Positions 25,258 through 39,970 of a stretch of DNA of 64,000 nt are shown in pieces (positions within the stretch are counted from its first letter, which is position 1; every line of letters begins with the position of its first letter). The notes below the pieces were generated by a model that was not told the DNA's origin, did no database searches, and was given only the letters and a program-made list of their open reading frames with translations. Position numbers and translations under genes: made by a program. Source of the DNA: Phyllobates terribilis. Taxonomy: Eukaryota. The DNA lies in the NCBI RefSeq assembly GCF_046119375.1, contig NW_027362772.1, positions 151,528,001 through 151,592,000 on the forward strand, in the 5' to 3' direction.

Positions 25258-25510
25258 TACCTTGCAGCACTGGGGTCCTGGGTTCAAATCCCACCAAGGA
25301 CAACATCTGCAAGGAGTTTGTATGTTCTCCCCATGTTTGCGTGGGTTTCCTCCATGTTCTCCGGTTTCCTCTCACACTCCAAAGACATACTGATAGGGAA
25401 TGTAGATTGTGAGCCCCAATGGGGACAGTGCCCATAATGTCTGTAAATTGTCTGAATTGTAAAGCGCTGCGGAATATGTTGACACTATATAAATAAAAAG
25501 ATTATTATTA
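25258..25510 (+). mobile_element. V-SINE-like tRNA-derived SINE
   Basis: B-box-like GGTTCAAATCC, conserved core GGAGTTTGTATGTTCTCCCC, tail ...AAATAAAAAGATTATTATTA. Confidence 0.8.
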
Positions 25511-27189
25511 AGTGAATAACATGCTGCCTTTGTCTGTACATAATGATTCAAGTATATTGTGCCAAGTACTGCTTATAAAAGAGGGTGGTGGCCCACCGGA
25601 GGATTCTCCTGTTCTCCTGTGGGCCAGTCTGGGCCTGACTACAGCACATACAGTCATCTGCTTTGGAATAGACACACTACATATGAAAATCCATCAATCT
25701 ACAGTTGGTCGTCCATTCCAGATTTGGTCTCCCATTTACTGGGAAAACTAGCTCTTTAAAAAAAAATAGGTCTTTAGTCTGAAAATAGAGAAGTGAATAT
25801 GATTTTTCTAGTTATTTTTATTAATAATTATATAGCAGAACACTATAAAGGAATTGATCTAGAGCAGATACCAATATTTGCCTTAGGGCAAAAAGACTAT
25901 CAACTACTGGATATTGACAATGACATCTCAGAAACAATGTCAGAATCTGGAGAAAACAAAAAAGATCACGAGACATGAAATCCTTAGAGATGAAAAGGAA
26001 AATGGAATCCCATTCTGCTAGCTAAGTCGACAAAGAACTTCAGAGGGTCGGGAAAAAAATTGGAGAACTGATCCCTGATAGAAAGAGTATGAACAAAGAT
26101 GCAATCCTCAAAAAAAGCAGAGAAACATCATCATCGCAGAGTTAGAGCTGGAAGAGGTTCTCCAAGAATGACATCTTCCATTTACCAGATCTGATAGTCC
26201 AGAGACTACAAAGACATGCAGGCCAGAAAAGAATCCAGAACAACAAAGACTGGGTTGTCTAGTGTAGGAAATATCTCTTCTATGACAATCAATTATCAAT
26301 AGGAATGGTGCATTATCAAGGTTCAGGTCATCAGCTGAAAACATCCCAGTCACAGGCTTTTCTTCATAGAAGGCCATCATTTACACTACAGTATCTGCAA
26401 CAATGCAGCAGTATTGCAGTATATAGGACAAACAATTGCAAGTTCAAGTCCCTCAAGGGACTACATTTTAGGAACATTTAAAAAAAAAATGTTATAAAAA
26501 TTCAAATCACCCACAATAAACATGTTTGGTCTGAGTCTATAAAAGTCCAATCTATCAAAATGTAAAATTAATTAATCTGTACAGTAACAGCCATAAAGAA
26601 AATGAAAATTGAGAAAAAAAATGCAATAAATTGCACCAAAAACCAATCAAAATGCTATATATACCCAAAATGGTATCAAGAAAAACATCAGTTCACCAAG
26701 CAAAAAACAAGTCCGCACACAAAGCTCCAGAGAAAAGGAGCAATTCCTGAATTGTTTCCTGGTCTAAAAACAGATATTTTTGACCGCCGGAAAAAGACCC
26801 AGTGTGAACATACCCTAAGGGTTAATTTCCATTAGCCAAAATAGAAATACAAAAAAAACAACGATTTTCTCTATTAAACACAACCTTACTGCTCATTCAC
26901 ATGTCAGTTTTGTTTGCATACGAGTGCTCTCTGAGTTTTTCATGGCTTGAACTCGTACCTATGATAGCCTATGGGGCTGTTCACATGTCCGTTATTTGTC
27001 GTGGACCAAGTGGATCCAAATGTCGGATCAAACTCGACAGTGAAATCTTATCGGTCTGTGAAAAATTGGATAGCACTCGGATGCTATCTGTGCGCTGACC
27101 GTATTTCACACACTGATAGGAGAAAGTGGACAAACATCCTTCTTTTCCATTCATACCATCAGGCTGAAAATCTATTAATTATGGGTCGT

Positions 27190-27432
27190 TTACTATATAA
27201 AGCGCCATCATACTCTGCAGTGCTTTAGATATATGATCATCGCTGCCCCCATCGGGGCTCACAATCTACATTGCCTATCAGTATGTCTTTGGAGTGTGGG
27301 AGGAAACCGGAGAACCTGGAGGAAACCAACGCAAACACGGGGAAAACATACACACTCCTTGCAGACGTTGCTCTTGGTGGGATTTGAACCCAGGACCCCA
27401 GCGCTGCAAGGCTGCAGTGCTAACCACTGAGT
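27190..27432 (-). mobile_element. V-SINE-like tRNA-derived SINE, near full length
   Basis: The reverse complement has A-box-like TGGTTAGCACTG and B-box GGTTCAAATCC; homologous to the 25258 copy. Confidence 0.8.
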
Positions 27433-27727
27433 CACTCTGACCAAACTCTGGCGAAACTCTGACACTCTGATCAATGACACTGATGAAACTCAAACCGATT
27501 TTCTCGTACGAGAAAATCACTGATGTGTGCATGACTAAGTGGACTCTTCAGTCACTAAAGCTGTTCATTGCATTGCAGCCTATAGGAGGATGAAAAAAGA
27601 GAGCAGTGGATTTAAAAAGATCAGTGGCATGAACCACAAGCTCGAGTTGAGTAATAATGGGTTAAGCCTTCACAATTCCCATGATGCATAATTTAGCTTT
27701 GATATATATATATACTTTACTCACATA

Positions 27728-29264
<1,537 letters not shown>

Positions 29265-29316
29265 TATATTACATAGAAACACAGTATACACATTACATAC
29301 ATATAACTACACTATA

Positions 29317-30500
29317 CAGTGGCATGTAAAAACTTGAGCACCCCTGATGAAAATGACTGTTATTGTGAACAGTTAAGCAAGCTGAAGGCGAAATGATCTC
29401 TAAAAGGCCTAAAATTAAAGATGACACATTTCATTTGTATTTTATCCAAAAAGATATTTATTGTCATTTTTTTAGACTTCAAAAATTACAAAATGGGCAG
29501 ATGCAAAAGTTTGGGCACCCTTGAAGATTTGTGTGCTCAGATAACTTTGGCCAAGGTTTTGGACCTTAATTAGCCTGTTAGGGTTATGGCTTGTTCACCA
29601 TCATTGTTAGGAAAGGTCAGGTGATGCAAATTTTCCTGCTTTATAAAAACCCAGCCTTCTCTAACCTTGTGCCAAAAAACAGCAGCCATGGGTTCTTCTA
29701 AGCAGCTGCCTAGCTCTCTGAAAATTAAAATGGTGGAGGCCCACAAAGCAGAAGAAGGCTATAAGAAGATAGCAAAATGTTTTCAAGTTGCCTTTTCCTC
29801 AGTTTGAAATGTAATTAAGAAATGGCAGATAACAGGAACAGTAGAGGTCAAGATAAGGTCTGGAAGACCAAGCAAAATTCCAGTGAGTGCTGCTCATAGG
29901 ATTGCTAGAGAGGCAAATCAGAACCCCCGCTTGACTGCTAAAGACCGTCAGAAAGATTTAGCAGACTCTGGAGTTGTGGTACATTGTTCTACTGCTCAGA
30001 GACACCTGCACAAATATGGCCTTCATGGAAGAGTCATCAGAAGAAAACCTTTCCTGCGTTCTCACCATAAAATTCAGCATCAGAAGTATGGAAAAGAACA
30101 TCTAAACAAGCCTGATGCATTTTGGAAACAAGTCCTGTGGACCGAAGAGGTTAAAATAGAACTCTTTGGCCACAATGATCAAAGGTATGTGGGGAGAGTT
30201 TTACAATGGCCCTCACAGTCCCCTGATCTGAACATCATTAAAAATCTGTGGCTAGACATCAAAATAGCAATACATGCAAGACGACCCAGGAATCTCACAG
30301 AACTGGAAGAATTTTCCAAGGAAGAATGGATGAAAACCCCTCAAACAAAAATTTTAAGTTTTTTGTCTGGCTACAAAAAAGTGTTTACAAGCTGTGATAC
30401 TTTCAAAAGGGGGCGCTACTAGGTACTAAGCATGCAGGGTGCCAAAACTTTTGCAACGGCCCATTTTCCTTTTGGTAATTTTTAAAATGTAAAAGATGAC
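29317..30500 (+). mobile_element. Tc1/mariner element B, internally deleted, right TIR truncated
   Basis: TA|CAGTGGCATGTAAAA left TIR; transposase 29688-30422 with WTEEVK joined by deletion to WPSQSPDLNII; right TIR stops at the TA run before element C. Confidence 0.88.
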
Positions 30501-30512
30501 TATATATATATA

Positions 30513-32136
30513 CAGTTATATGAAAAAGTTTGGGCACCCCTATTAATCTTAAGCTTAATGTTTTCTAAAAATTGGTGTTTTTGCAGCAGCTCTTTCAGTT
30601 TGATATATGTAATAACTGTTGGACACAGTAATGTTTCTGCCTTGAAATGAGGTTTATTGTACTAACAGAAAATGTGCAATCTGCATTCAAACAAAATGTG
30701 ACAGGTGCATAAGTATGGGCACCCTTATCATTTTCTTGTTTTAAATACTCCTACCTACTTTTTACTGACTTACTAAAGCACTTTTTTTGGTTTTGTAACC
30801 TCATTGAGCTTTGAACTTCATAGCCACGTGTATGCAATCATGAGAAAAGCTACTTAAAGTGGCCACTTGCAAGTTGTTCTCCTGTTTGAATCTCCTCTGA
30901 AGAGTGGCATCATGGGCTCCTCAAAACAACTGTCAAATGATCTAAAAACAAAGATTATTCAACATAGTTGTTCAGGGGAAGGATACAAAAAGCTGTCTCA
31001 GAGATTTAACCTGTCAGTTTCCACTGTGAGGAACATAGTAAGGAAATGGAAGAACACAGGGACAGTTCTTGTTAAGGCCAAGAAAAACATCAGAAAGGCA
31101 GAGAAGAAGAATAGTGAGATCAGTCAAGGACAATCCTCAGACCACCTCCAGAGAGCTGCAGCATCAACTTGCTGCAGATGGTGTCACTGTGCATCGGTCA
31201 ACTATACAACGCACTTTGCACAAGGAGAAGCTGTATGGGAGAGTGATGCGAAAGAAGCCGTTTCTGCAAGTACGCCACAAACCGAGTCGGCTGAGGTATG
31301 CAAAAGCACATTTGGAGAAGCCAATTTCTTTTTGGAAGAAGGTCCTGTGGACTGATGAAACCAAGATTGAGTTGTTTGGTCATACAAAAAGGTGTTATGC
31401 ATGGTGGCAAAAAAACACAGCATTCCAAGAAAAACACTTGCTACCCACAGTAAAATTTGGTGGAGGTTCCATCATGCTTTGGGGCTGTGTGGCCAATGCC
31501 GGCACCAGGAATCTTGTTAAAGTTGAGGGACGCATGGATTCCACTTAGTATCAGCAGATTCTTGACAATAATGTTAAAGAATCAGTGATAAAGTTGAAGT
31601 TACGCAGGGGATGGATCTTTCAGCAAGACAATGATCCAAAACACCGCTCCAAATCTACTCAGGCATTCATGCAGAGGAACAATTACAATGTTCTGGAATG
31701 GCCATCCCAGTCCCCAGACCTGAATATCATTGAACATCTGTGGGATCATTTGGAGAGGGCTGTCCATGCTCGGCGACCATCAAACTTAACTGAGCTGGAA
31801 TTGTTTTGTGAAGAGGAATGGTCAAAAATACCTTCATCCAGGATCCAGGAACTCATTAAAAGCTACAGGAAGCGACTAGAGGCAAAAGGAGGATCTACTA
31901 AATATTAATGTCACTTTTCTGGTGGGGTGCCCATACTTATGCACCTGTCACATTTTGTTTGAATGCAGATTGCACATTTTCTGTTAGTACAATAAACCTC
32001 ATTTCAAAGCAGAAACATTACTGTGTCCAACAGTTATTACATATATCAAACTGAAATAGCTGTTGCAAAAACACCAATTTTTATAAAACATTAAGCTTAA
32101 GATTAATAGGGGTGCCCAAACTTTTTCATATAACTG
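30513..32136 (+). mobile_element. Tc1/mariner element C, full length (1624 bp), relatively young
   Basis: TA|CAGTTATATGAAAAAGTTTGGGCACCCC with near-identical ~210-bp TIRs. Transposase 30912-31908 has WTDETK, FQQDNDPKH and WPSQSPDLNIIE (DD34E type), with a frameshift near 31080 and TAG at 31546. Confidence 0.95.
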
Positions 32137-33514
32137 TATATACAGTATGCAGACAGATATACTGTACAGACACTGTGCACACACACACTGTAAACACAGA
32201 CACTGTACAGTCACAGATATATATGTTATACAAAAACACTTTATAACACTGTACACACAGGCATAGATTGCCTATTTATCTTGTTAGCTATAAAAAGAGA
32301 TGACGTCTGAAAGTAGAGCGAGCATTTAAATGTTTTTCATGTTTGTTTTCTTTATTGTCTGAGGTGTAAAATTTGAGGTACAGCCCACACTAAAATTGCC
32401 AAAATGTTAAAATATATGTGGAAAAAAACAAAGTACAAAGTCTTATTGATATTAGTCAACATAACAGTGTCACCTGTAGAAGACATTACTTCTTTTATTA
32501 CCAACAGTAAAGCAACTCACTTAAAATCACACTTGTACTCGCCATAAAAGCGTTGCCCACCCACCTACCAGACACCTCATCTGGTGGGATTTTATATGTG
32601 TGATGTCTATAAACTCCAGTCCAAGATTCCATAAGGAACGCTGCTGGAAGAGCAAGGACGCTGGCCTGTAATAGAGAGACAGTTATTATTACCGCTTGCT
32701 GAAAAAATAACGTCTGCAAAACCGCTCCTGTCACCAGCAATAGTCACTTTACATAAGGAGACACTTATAAAATTCACAAATATATATGTAAAGTTCCCAG
32801 ACAAATTACATATGTGCACCTCTATTATATTAAATGCTAAGAAGTGGATACAATTGTATTCATTGCAGGCAATGCTCCGCGAGCGGAATTCTTAAGTTCT
32901 CATAACGCTTTTTGCTATGAAGCCTAACCCTGCGATCGCCTTGCAAGTGATTAGTGAGAGCTGATGCGTGCTTGCTCTGACAATTGAATCAGTTACTGTC
33001 ATAACTGGTTACAAAACAGCTGGCATCTGCTGAGTATGACACAGGCTCAGCTCCTGAGTCTGCTCCATAGAAGGAAGACTTGACGTAGGATGTACAATTA
33101 CATTGCCCACACAGCTTGGCAGTGACCCATTAAAATTACCTTCAGTTCTGCTCCCCAATTAGTTTATAAACCCCCAACTTCTCACAAATTACTAACTTCT
33201 ATTCTGTACTTCTCCATAAATCCAGGGAATCTTCTCTTGCACCTCTGAAGAAGAAGTAGGAGGAGGATCTGGGACAGTTCACGGAGGAGGAGAAGGATGG
33301 ATCCTTAACTTTATATCATACATAGGGATTATAGTACTATATCTAGACTGGCTATTTTGCACCCTGATTCCTTAGAATTATGCCCCAAATGTCATTATTA
33401 TGCAAAAAAAGGTTATTGGGAAAACCTGACTTGCCAACCATCCATCTGACTTTACAAGGATGGATAGATCTGTTCTTCTCTATGTTTCCACATGAAAAGT
33501 GGAGACATCAGCAC

Positions 33515-34490
33515 TAGGGATGGGCGAAACGGTAGATATTCGGGTCCGTCAGGTTTGGCTGAACCTTATAAAAAAGTTTGGTTTGGGTAGCAGAACGGTA
33601 CCTGAACTTGATCCCGAAGCCGAACCCCATTTATGTGAATAGGGGACCCGAACATTTGGTGGTTCCGATGCTGTCATCCATCTCAGCATGGAAAACACCG
33701 GCTCTGACCGGCGGTAACCTTACTGAAGTGACTGCCGGTCACAGCCGCTGGGTATCGTGGACTCCTGTGGGCTCCCACGCTGTCACACAGAGGACACCTT
33801 GCCCTCGCAAGCTTGACAGCTTGACAAGGTTATCGCCGGTCAGGCTTTGGCTGATGACTACTACTGTTATCAGCGTCTCCTGCTCTCACTGATAGCATGG
33901 AGAGCAGTCGATGCTGATGAGAGTATTCATCAGCCGGAGCCTTTGCATAGTGGTAGTTTTACTGCTATACACAGGCACCAGAGTCAAAGAAGAAGATGGT
34001 CGTGGATTGCTTCGTGGGATCATTTTATTAATAAATGGGTATATGAGGGCTTGTGTGGGGGAGTCTTTAATCAAATAATTTTTTTTTCTGTGTGTGTGTG
34101 TTTATTTTATTTTTACTACTGGGTTAGTAATGGGGGTTTCTGACTGACACCTCTCCATTAATAACCCCAAAAGAAATTACCCCGATTGCCACTGCACCAG
34201 GGCAGTCGAGAAGAGCTGAGACTAAGCTCCAGAATTGGTGCATCAAATATGATGCACCACTTCTGGGGTGGCTGCAAGCTGATATTTGTAGGTAGGGTAT
34301 GGCCCAATAACCATGGGCATTCCCAGTCTATTAATATTAGCCTGCAGCTGTCTGCTTTCCCTTAGCTGGTTATTAAAAATATGGAAGACCCCACGCCATT
34401 TTTTTTTTCATTTATTTATCTAGCTAAAATCTGAATTTCGGGAAATTGTAAATTAACTGCATTATCTTAGAATCAAATTGCTCATCTCTG
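33515..34490. mobile_element. hAT-type non-autonomous element or chimera
   Basis: Termini TAGGGATGGGCGAA and ...TTGCTCATCTCTG resemble the other hAT ends here; no TSD found. Confidence 0.4.
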
Positions 34491-35542
34491 CTTTCTACTG
34501 AATACTGCTTTATGTCAGACAAGTAATACGATATTGTTCTGTATTCTGTCTACCAGCTAAAGGGAGAGGACGTAACTGATTCCAAAATATTAAACTGCAG
34601 ATTTGTTTCTAAAAGGTTAGTCTGCTAAAAGAAGGACAACACTGCTTATAAAAGGTTCTTACTGAATAATATACAGAACCAGTAGCAGCCAAACCACACA
34701 GAGAAGGCTGCAGGATTTATCTGAATGTTGCTTCTATCCTTCTCCTCATCCTGCTCCTTAATATACAGGAATAAGTTTTTCACTGCCATATATAAAGCTA
34801 TAATATGACGTAAGAGACTCTCCCATGTTTACATGCTGCAATGTCCTCTCCAAAAAATATGATCTCCTAGTTGAGAAGCAGGAAGTCTCACAGAGCTCCA
34901 AAATAGTGAGGGAGTGGAGAGTCCCATCTGGAGCCAACTTCAGTCTCTTTTTAAAGGGCAGTACTTTTTATCAATAAATTAATGTTTACATTTTCCTAAT
35001 TCAATATATTTGACAAAGGTTTAGATTTGGTCTTTTACTTTATCAGTTTTCCCAGAGGTGACAAGTACTTTTTAAGATAATTTTTTCATTCTATTTTAAG
35101 TGTATCAGATGGAATCATATGGCGGAGAATGCTTAAGTGTATTAAACTTTCTGATTTGAGTTGCTACAACAAAGTCCCCTTTCTATTTTAGCACCTCTGC
35201 CTCACTTATACTTCCCAGAAGAAAAGAAATAGGAAAGCTGATTCGTGACATCACATTAGCAAATGGAACTCGAAATAGAACTCACGACTCTACATAGCCA
35301 GATGGAGTATGGGATTATCATCACTATGCCATCTGCATCATCCTTGTAGTATTATACAAGGTACATCAATGGTTCTGTGGCACATAGTGTGATCATTGGC
35401 TATAAATACAGTTACAAGTGCTGTAAAAAGTTATATTTATTTCCCGTTACTAATTTAACCACTGTCGCCTATACCAGTGATTTATCCAGCAAGGTGCTCC
35501 CTTTATTCCAGCTTACATACAAAATATATTTACCGCCTGCAA

Positions 35543-35580
35543 ATGCACCTGACGAAGGCTGTTAATCCTGAAAAGTGCCT
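35543..35580 (+). ncRNA. Degenerate hammerhead-ribozyme-like core
   Basis: CTGACGA (35549) AGG-ctgttaat-CCT GAAA; stem III is not recognisable. Confidence 0.3.
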
Positions 35581-36779
35581 CACCTGTAACCTAATCTGAA
35601 TAAAACCCCTTTAAGTATCATTGGCGTGCTTTCCAACATTGTTCTTTGACCCATATTTATATATATGTACATAGCTTTACCATATTTTGCTGCGCTGCAC
35701 AGAGATTCTCATCAGTCCCTGTCCTAAATGGACAAACAAGCACATCTCCCTAATTTACATACACATGTACACACAATAGGGGCACAAAACCTGTAGAAAA
35801 GCATGGTCTTGCTGCCTTCGTCCCACCACAACTTAGTTAAAGCTGCTTTTGAGGGAACATACCAATCTCATATGTCCAGAAACTTACATGATCAGTGCCT
35901 TGCAATCTACTTTTTTTGAGTGGACAGTTCCTCTTCTTCACTATTCTACCAGCACTTTAGGACCTGGAACTCCCTTTTTCTCACTTCTCAGCATGCACCG
36001 TTCCTGCTATTCTCCAATGGCTTGCCTGCCCTTATGTGCAGTTAGACAGACAGGAGAGCAGGAGCAAAGAGACAAAACCCCATCCCTACTTCCTGTACCC
36101 GTCATGGTGTCTCTGCTGCTGGACTTGACAACAAATAGTGGAGAGCAATTTAGACAAAAGGGAGACACTTAGGCTATGTTGACACGTTGCATTTTTACTG
36201 TTTTTATGCAATTTAAATGCTGCATTTTACAGTACCTGCAAAAACTATGAAATTTAAAAAATCCCATGCACACACATTGGTTTTTCCTGACTGAATTGGA
36301 AAACTGCTGTGTTTTTGAAAACTGCAGCATGTCACTTCTTTCAGTGTTTTTTCACCCATAGAAAGCAATGAGTAGGAGCAAAAATGCTGCAAAAACACAG
36401 TTATCAGCTTCACAAATGAGCATATCTCACAACTTTCCAACTTTACATAGCAATTTTTCTCCTGCTGAAGTCCTAGATTCCCCTTTCATTGCCCCCATAA
36501 AGTATTTTGAAAACAAAAGTGTCCCCAGACACAGTATGGTGAATTCCTCCACATGCACAGTAAAATGACCCTACTGTACCCCACCTCAACACCCAAGGCA
36601 AAGTATGGTGACCCCTACACAGTATGATCACCCAACTGTGACTCCCACACAGCTCTCCATGCACATTAATGGGCCTACATACAGTATAATGGCCCGCACT
36701 AGCCCTCCAAACAGGATAATGACCCCCACAGAATATGATGGATCCACACAAACCTTCACACTGTACAATTGCTTGCATA

Positions 36780-39770
36780 CAGTATAATGGACCCCCACAT
36801 ATTATAATGGCCCTACATAACCTCCATATAGTATAATGTGCCCCCCATAACCCTCCATATAGTATAATGCACTCCTCATGGTCCTCCATAGAATATAAAA
36901 CACTCACCATGGTCCTCCATAAAATATAGTGCACTTACTCCCCATGGTCCTCCATAGAATATAATGCACCCCCATGGTCCTCCAGATAATAAAATGATCT
37001 CCCCATGGTCCTCCATATAATAAAATGCTCTCCCCATGGTCCTCCACACAATATAATGTACCCCCCATGGTCCTCTATACAAGTATAATGTGCCCTTCAT
37101 AGTCCTCCATACACTATAATGCACCCCCATGGTCCTCCATACAGTATAATGCACCCCCATGGTCCTCCATACAGTATATTGCACCCCCATGGCCCTCCAC
37201 ATAATATAATGCACCCCTCATGATCCTCCATACAGTATAATGCACCCCTCATGGTCTTCCATACAATATAAAGGACCCCCATGGTCCTCCATACAGTATA
37301 ATGCACTCCCATAGTCCTATATACAATATAATACACCCCCATGGTCCTCCATGCAGTATAATACACCCCCATGGTTATCCACACAATATAATGCACTCCC
37401 CACATATGCTCCATACAGTATAATGCACCCCCATGATCCTCCACACAGTATAATGCACCCCCATGATCCCCCATACAGTATAATGCACCCCCATGGTCCT
37501 CCATACAGCATAATGCACCACCATGGTCCTCCATACAGTAGAATGCATCCCATGGTCCTCCACAGAATACAATGCACCCCCATGGTACTCCATACAGCAT
37601 AATGCACCCCCATGGTCCTCCATACAGTATAATGCACCACATGGCCCTCCATACAGTGCAATGCAGCCCTATGGTCATCCATACAGTATAATGCACCCCC
37701 CATGGTCCTCCACACAATATAATGCACTGTCCCCAAGGTCCTCCATACAGTATATTGCACCCCCATGGCCCTCCACATAATATAATGCACCCCTCATGAT
37801 CCTCCATACTGTATATGCACCCCTCATGGTCTTCCATACAATATAATGGACCCCCATGGTCCTCCATACAGTATAATGCACTCCCATAGTCCTATATACA
37901 ATATAATATACCCCCCATGGTCCTCCATACAGTATAATACACCCCCATGGTTCTCCACACAATATAATGCACTCCCCACATATGCTCCATACAGTATAAT
38001 GCACCCCCATGATCCTCCACACAGTATAATGCACCCCCATGATCCTCCATACAGTATAATGCACCCCCATTGTCCTCCATACAGCATAATGTACCACCAT
38101 GGTCCTCCATACAGTATAATGCATCCCATGGTCCTCCACAGAATACAATGCACCCCCCCATGGTACTCCATACAGCATAATGCACCCCCATGGTCCTCCA
38201 TACAGTATAATGCACCACATGGCCCTCCATACAGTGCAATGCAGCCCCATGGTCATCCATACAATATAATGCACCCCACGGTCCTCCACACAATATAATG
38301 CACCCCCATGATGCAGCATTATGCACGCTATGGTCCTCCATACAGCATAATGCACCCCCATGGTCCTCTATACAGTATATTGCACCCCCCATGGTCCTCC
38401 ACACAATATAATGCACTCCCCCCAAGGTCCTCCATACAGTATAATGCACCACCATGGTCCTCCATACAATATAATGCACCTCCATGGTCCTCCATACAGT
38501 ACAATTCACCCCCCATGGTCCTCCACACAATATAATGCACTCTCCCATGGTCCTACATACAGTATAATGCACCCCATGGTCCTCCATACAATATAATGCA
38601 TTACCATGGTCCTCCATACAGTATAATGCACCCCCATGGTCCTCCATACAGTTCAATTCACCCCATTATGGTCCTCCACACAATGTAATGCACTCTCCCA
38701 TGGTCCTTCATACAGTATAATGCACCCCCATTGTCCTCCATACTGTATAATGCATTCCCATGGTCCTCCATACAGTATGATGCACCCCTTTGGTCCTCCA
38801 TACAATATAATTCACCCCCATGGTACTCCATGCAGGATAATGCACCCTAATGGTTCTCCACACAATATAATGCACCCCCATTGTTACCCATACAGCATAA
38901 TGCTCTCCCATGGTCCTCCATACAGTATAATGCACCCCCTGGTCCTCCATACAATATAATGCACCACCCATAGTCCTCCACACAATATAATGCACTCCCC
39001 CCATGGTCTTCCATACAATATAATGCACCCCATGGTCCTCCATACAGTTTAATGCACCCCCTGGTCCTCCATACAATATAATGCACCACCCATGGTCCTC
39101 CACACAATATAATGCACTCCCCCCAAGGTCCTCCATACAATATAATGCACCCCATGGTCCTCCATACAGCATAATGCACCCCCATGGTCCTCCATACAGT
39201 ACAATACACCCCCATGGTCCTCCACACAATATAATGCACTCACCCCATGGTTCTCCATACAGTATAATTAACCCCCATGGTCCTCTATACAATGTAATGC
39301 ACCCCATGGTTATCCATACAGTATAATGCACTCCTATGGTCTCCCATACAGTATAATGCACCCCCATGGTCCTCCGCACAATATAATGCAGCCCCCCCCT
39401 GGTCCTCCATACAATATAATGCACCACCCATGGTCCTCCACACAATATAATGCACTCCCCCCACGGTCCTCCATACAATATAATGCACCCCATGGTCCTC
39501 CATACAGCATAATGCACCCCCATGGTCCTCCATACAGTACAATACACCCCCATGGTCCTCCACACAATATAATGCACTCACCCCATGGTTCTCCATACAG
39601 TATAATTAACCCCCATGGTCCTCTATACAATGTAATGCACCCCATGGTTATCCATACAGTATAATGCACTCCTATGGTCTCCCATACAGTATAATGCACC
39701 CCCATGGTCCTCCGCACAATATAATGCAGCCCCCCCCCTGGTCCTCCACACAATATAATGCACCTTCCAT
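36780..39770. repeat. ~31-nt satellite (ATGGTCCTCCATACAGTATAATGCACCCCC) with higher-order blocks
   Basis: About 95 visible monomers; duplicated variant blocks at offsets of about 576 and about 340 nt. Confidence 0.95.
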
Positions 39771-39970
39771 ACTGTATTATGGCCACCGGTCACTGATTGT
39801 AAAAAAATAAATACAGTACTCACCTCTCCTGGTTCCAGCCGATGCTCCAATCTCCTCAGCGTGTAGTGTGAAGTGCCGGACATCTCAGAGCTGCAGGTGC
39901 CCTGTAATGACATCATTGTGCCCGCTGCTATGACATGTCAAACGCTGAGGAAGAATGATGGGGGTGGAAG

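Noticed and set aside
25793-26350. Purine-rich coding-looking stretch on the + strand
   Set aside because: Multiple stops, no recognisable domain, and no convincing splice sites.
36780-39770. CRISPR-like regularly spaced repeats
   Set aside because: Eukaryotic context, contiguous monomers without unique spacers, and no cas genes.
36876-39786. Many C/G/Y-rich ORFs resembling keratin-associated proteins
   Set aside because: Translations of the 31-nt satellite; the period is not a multiple of 3 and frames switch constantly.
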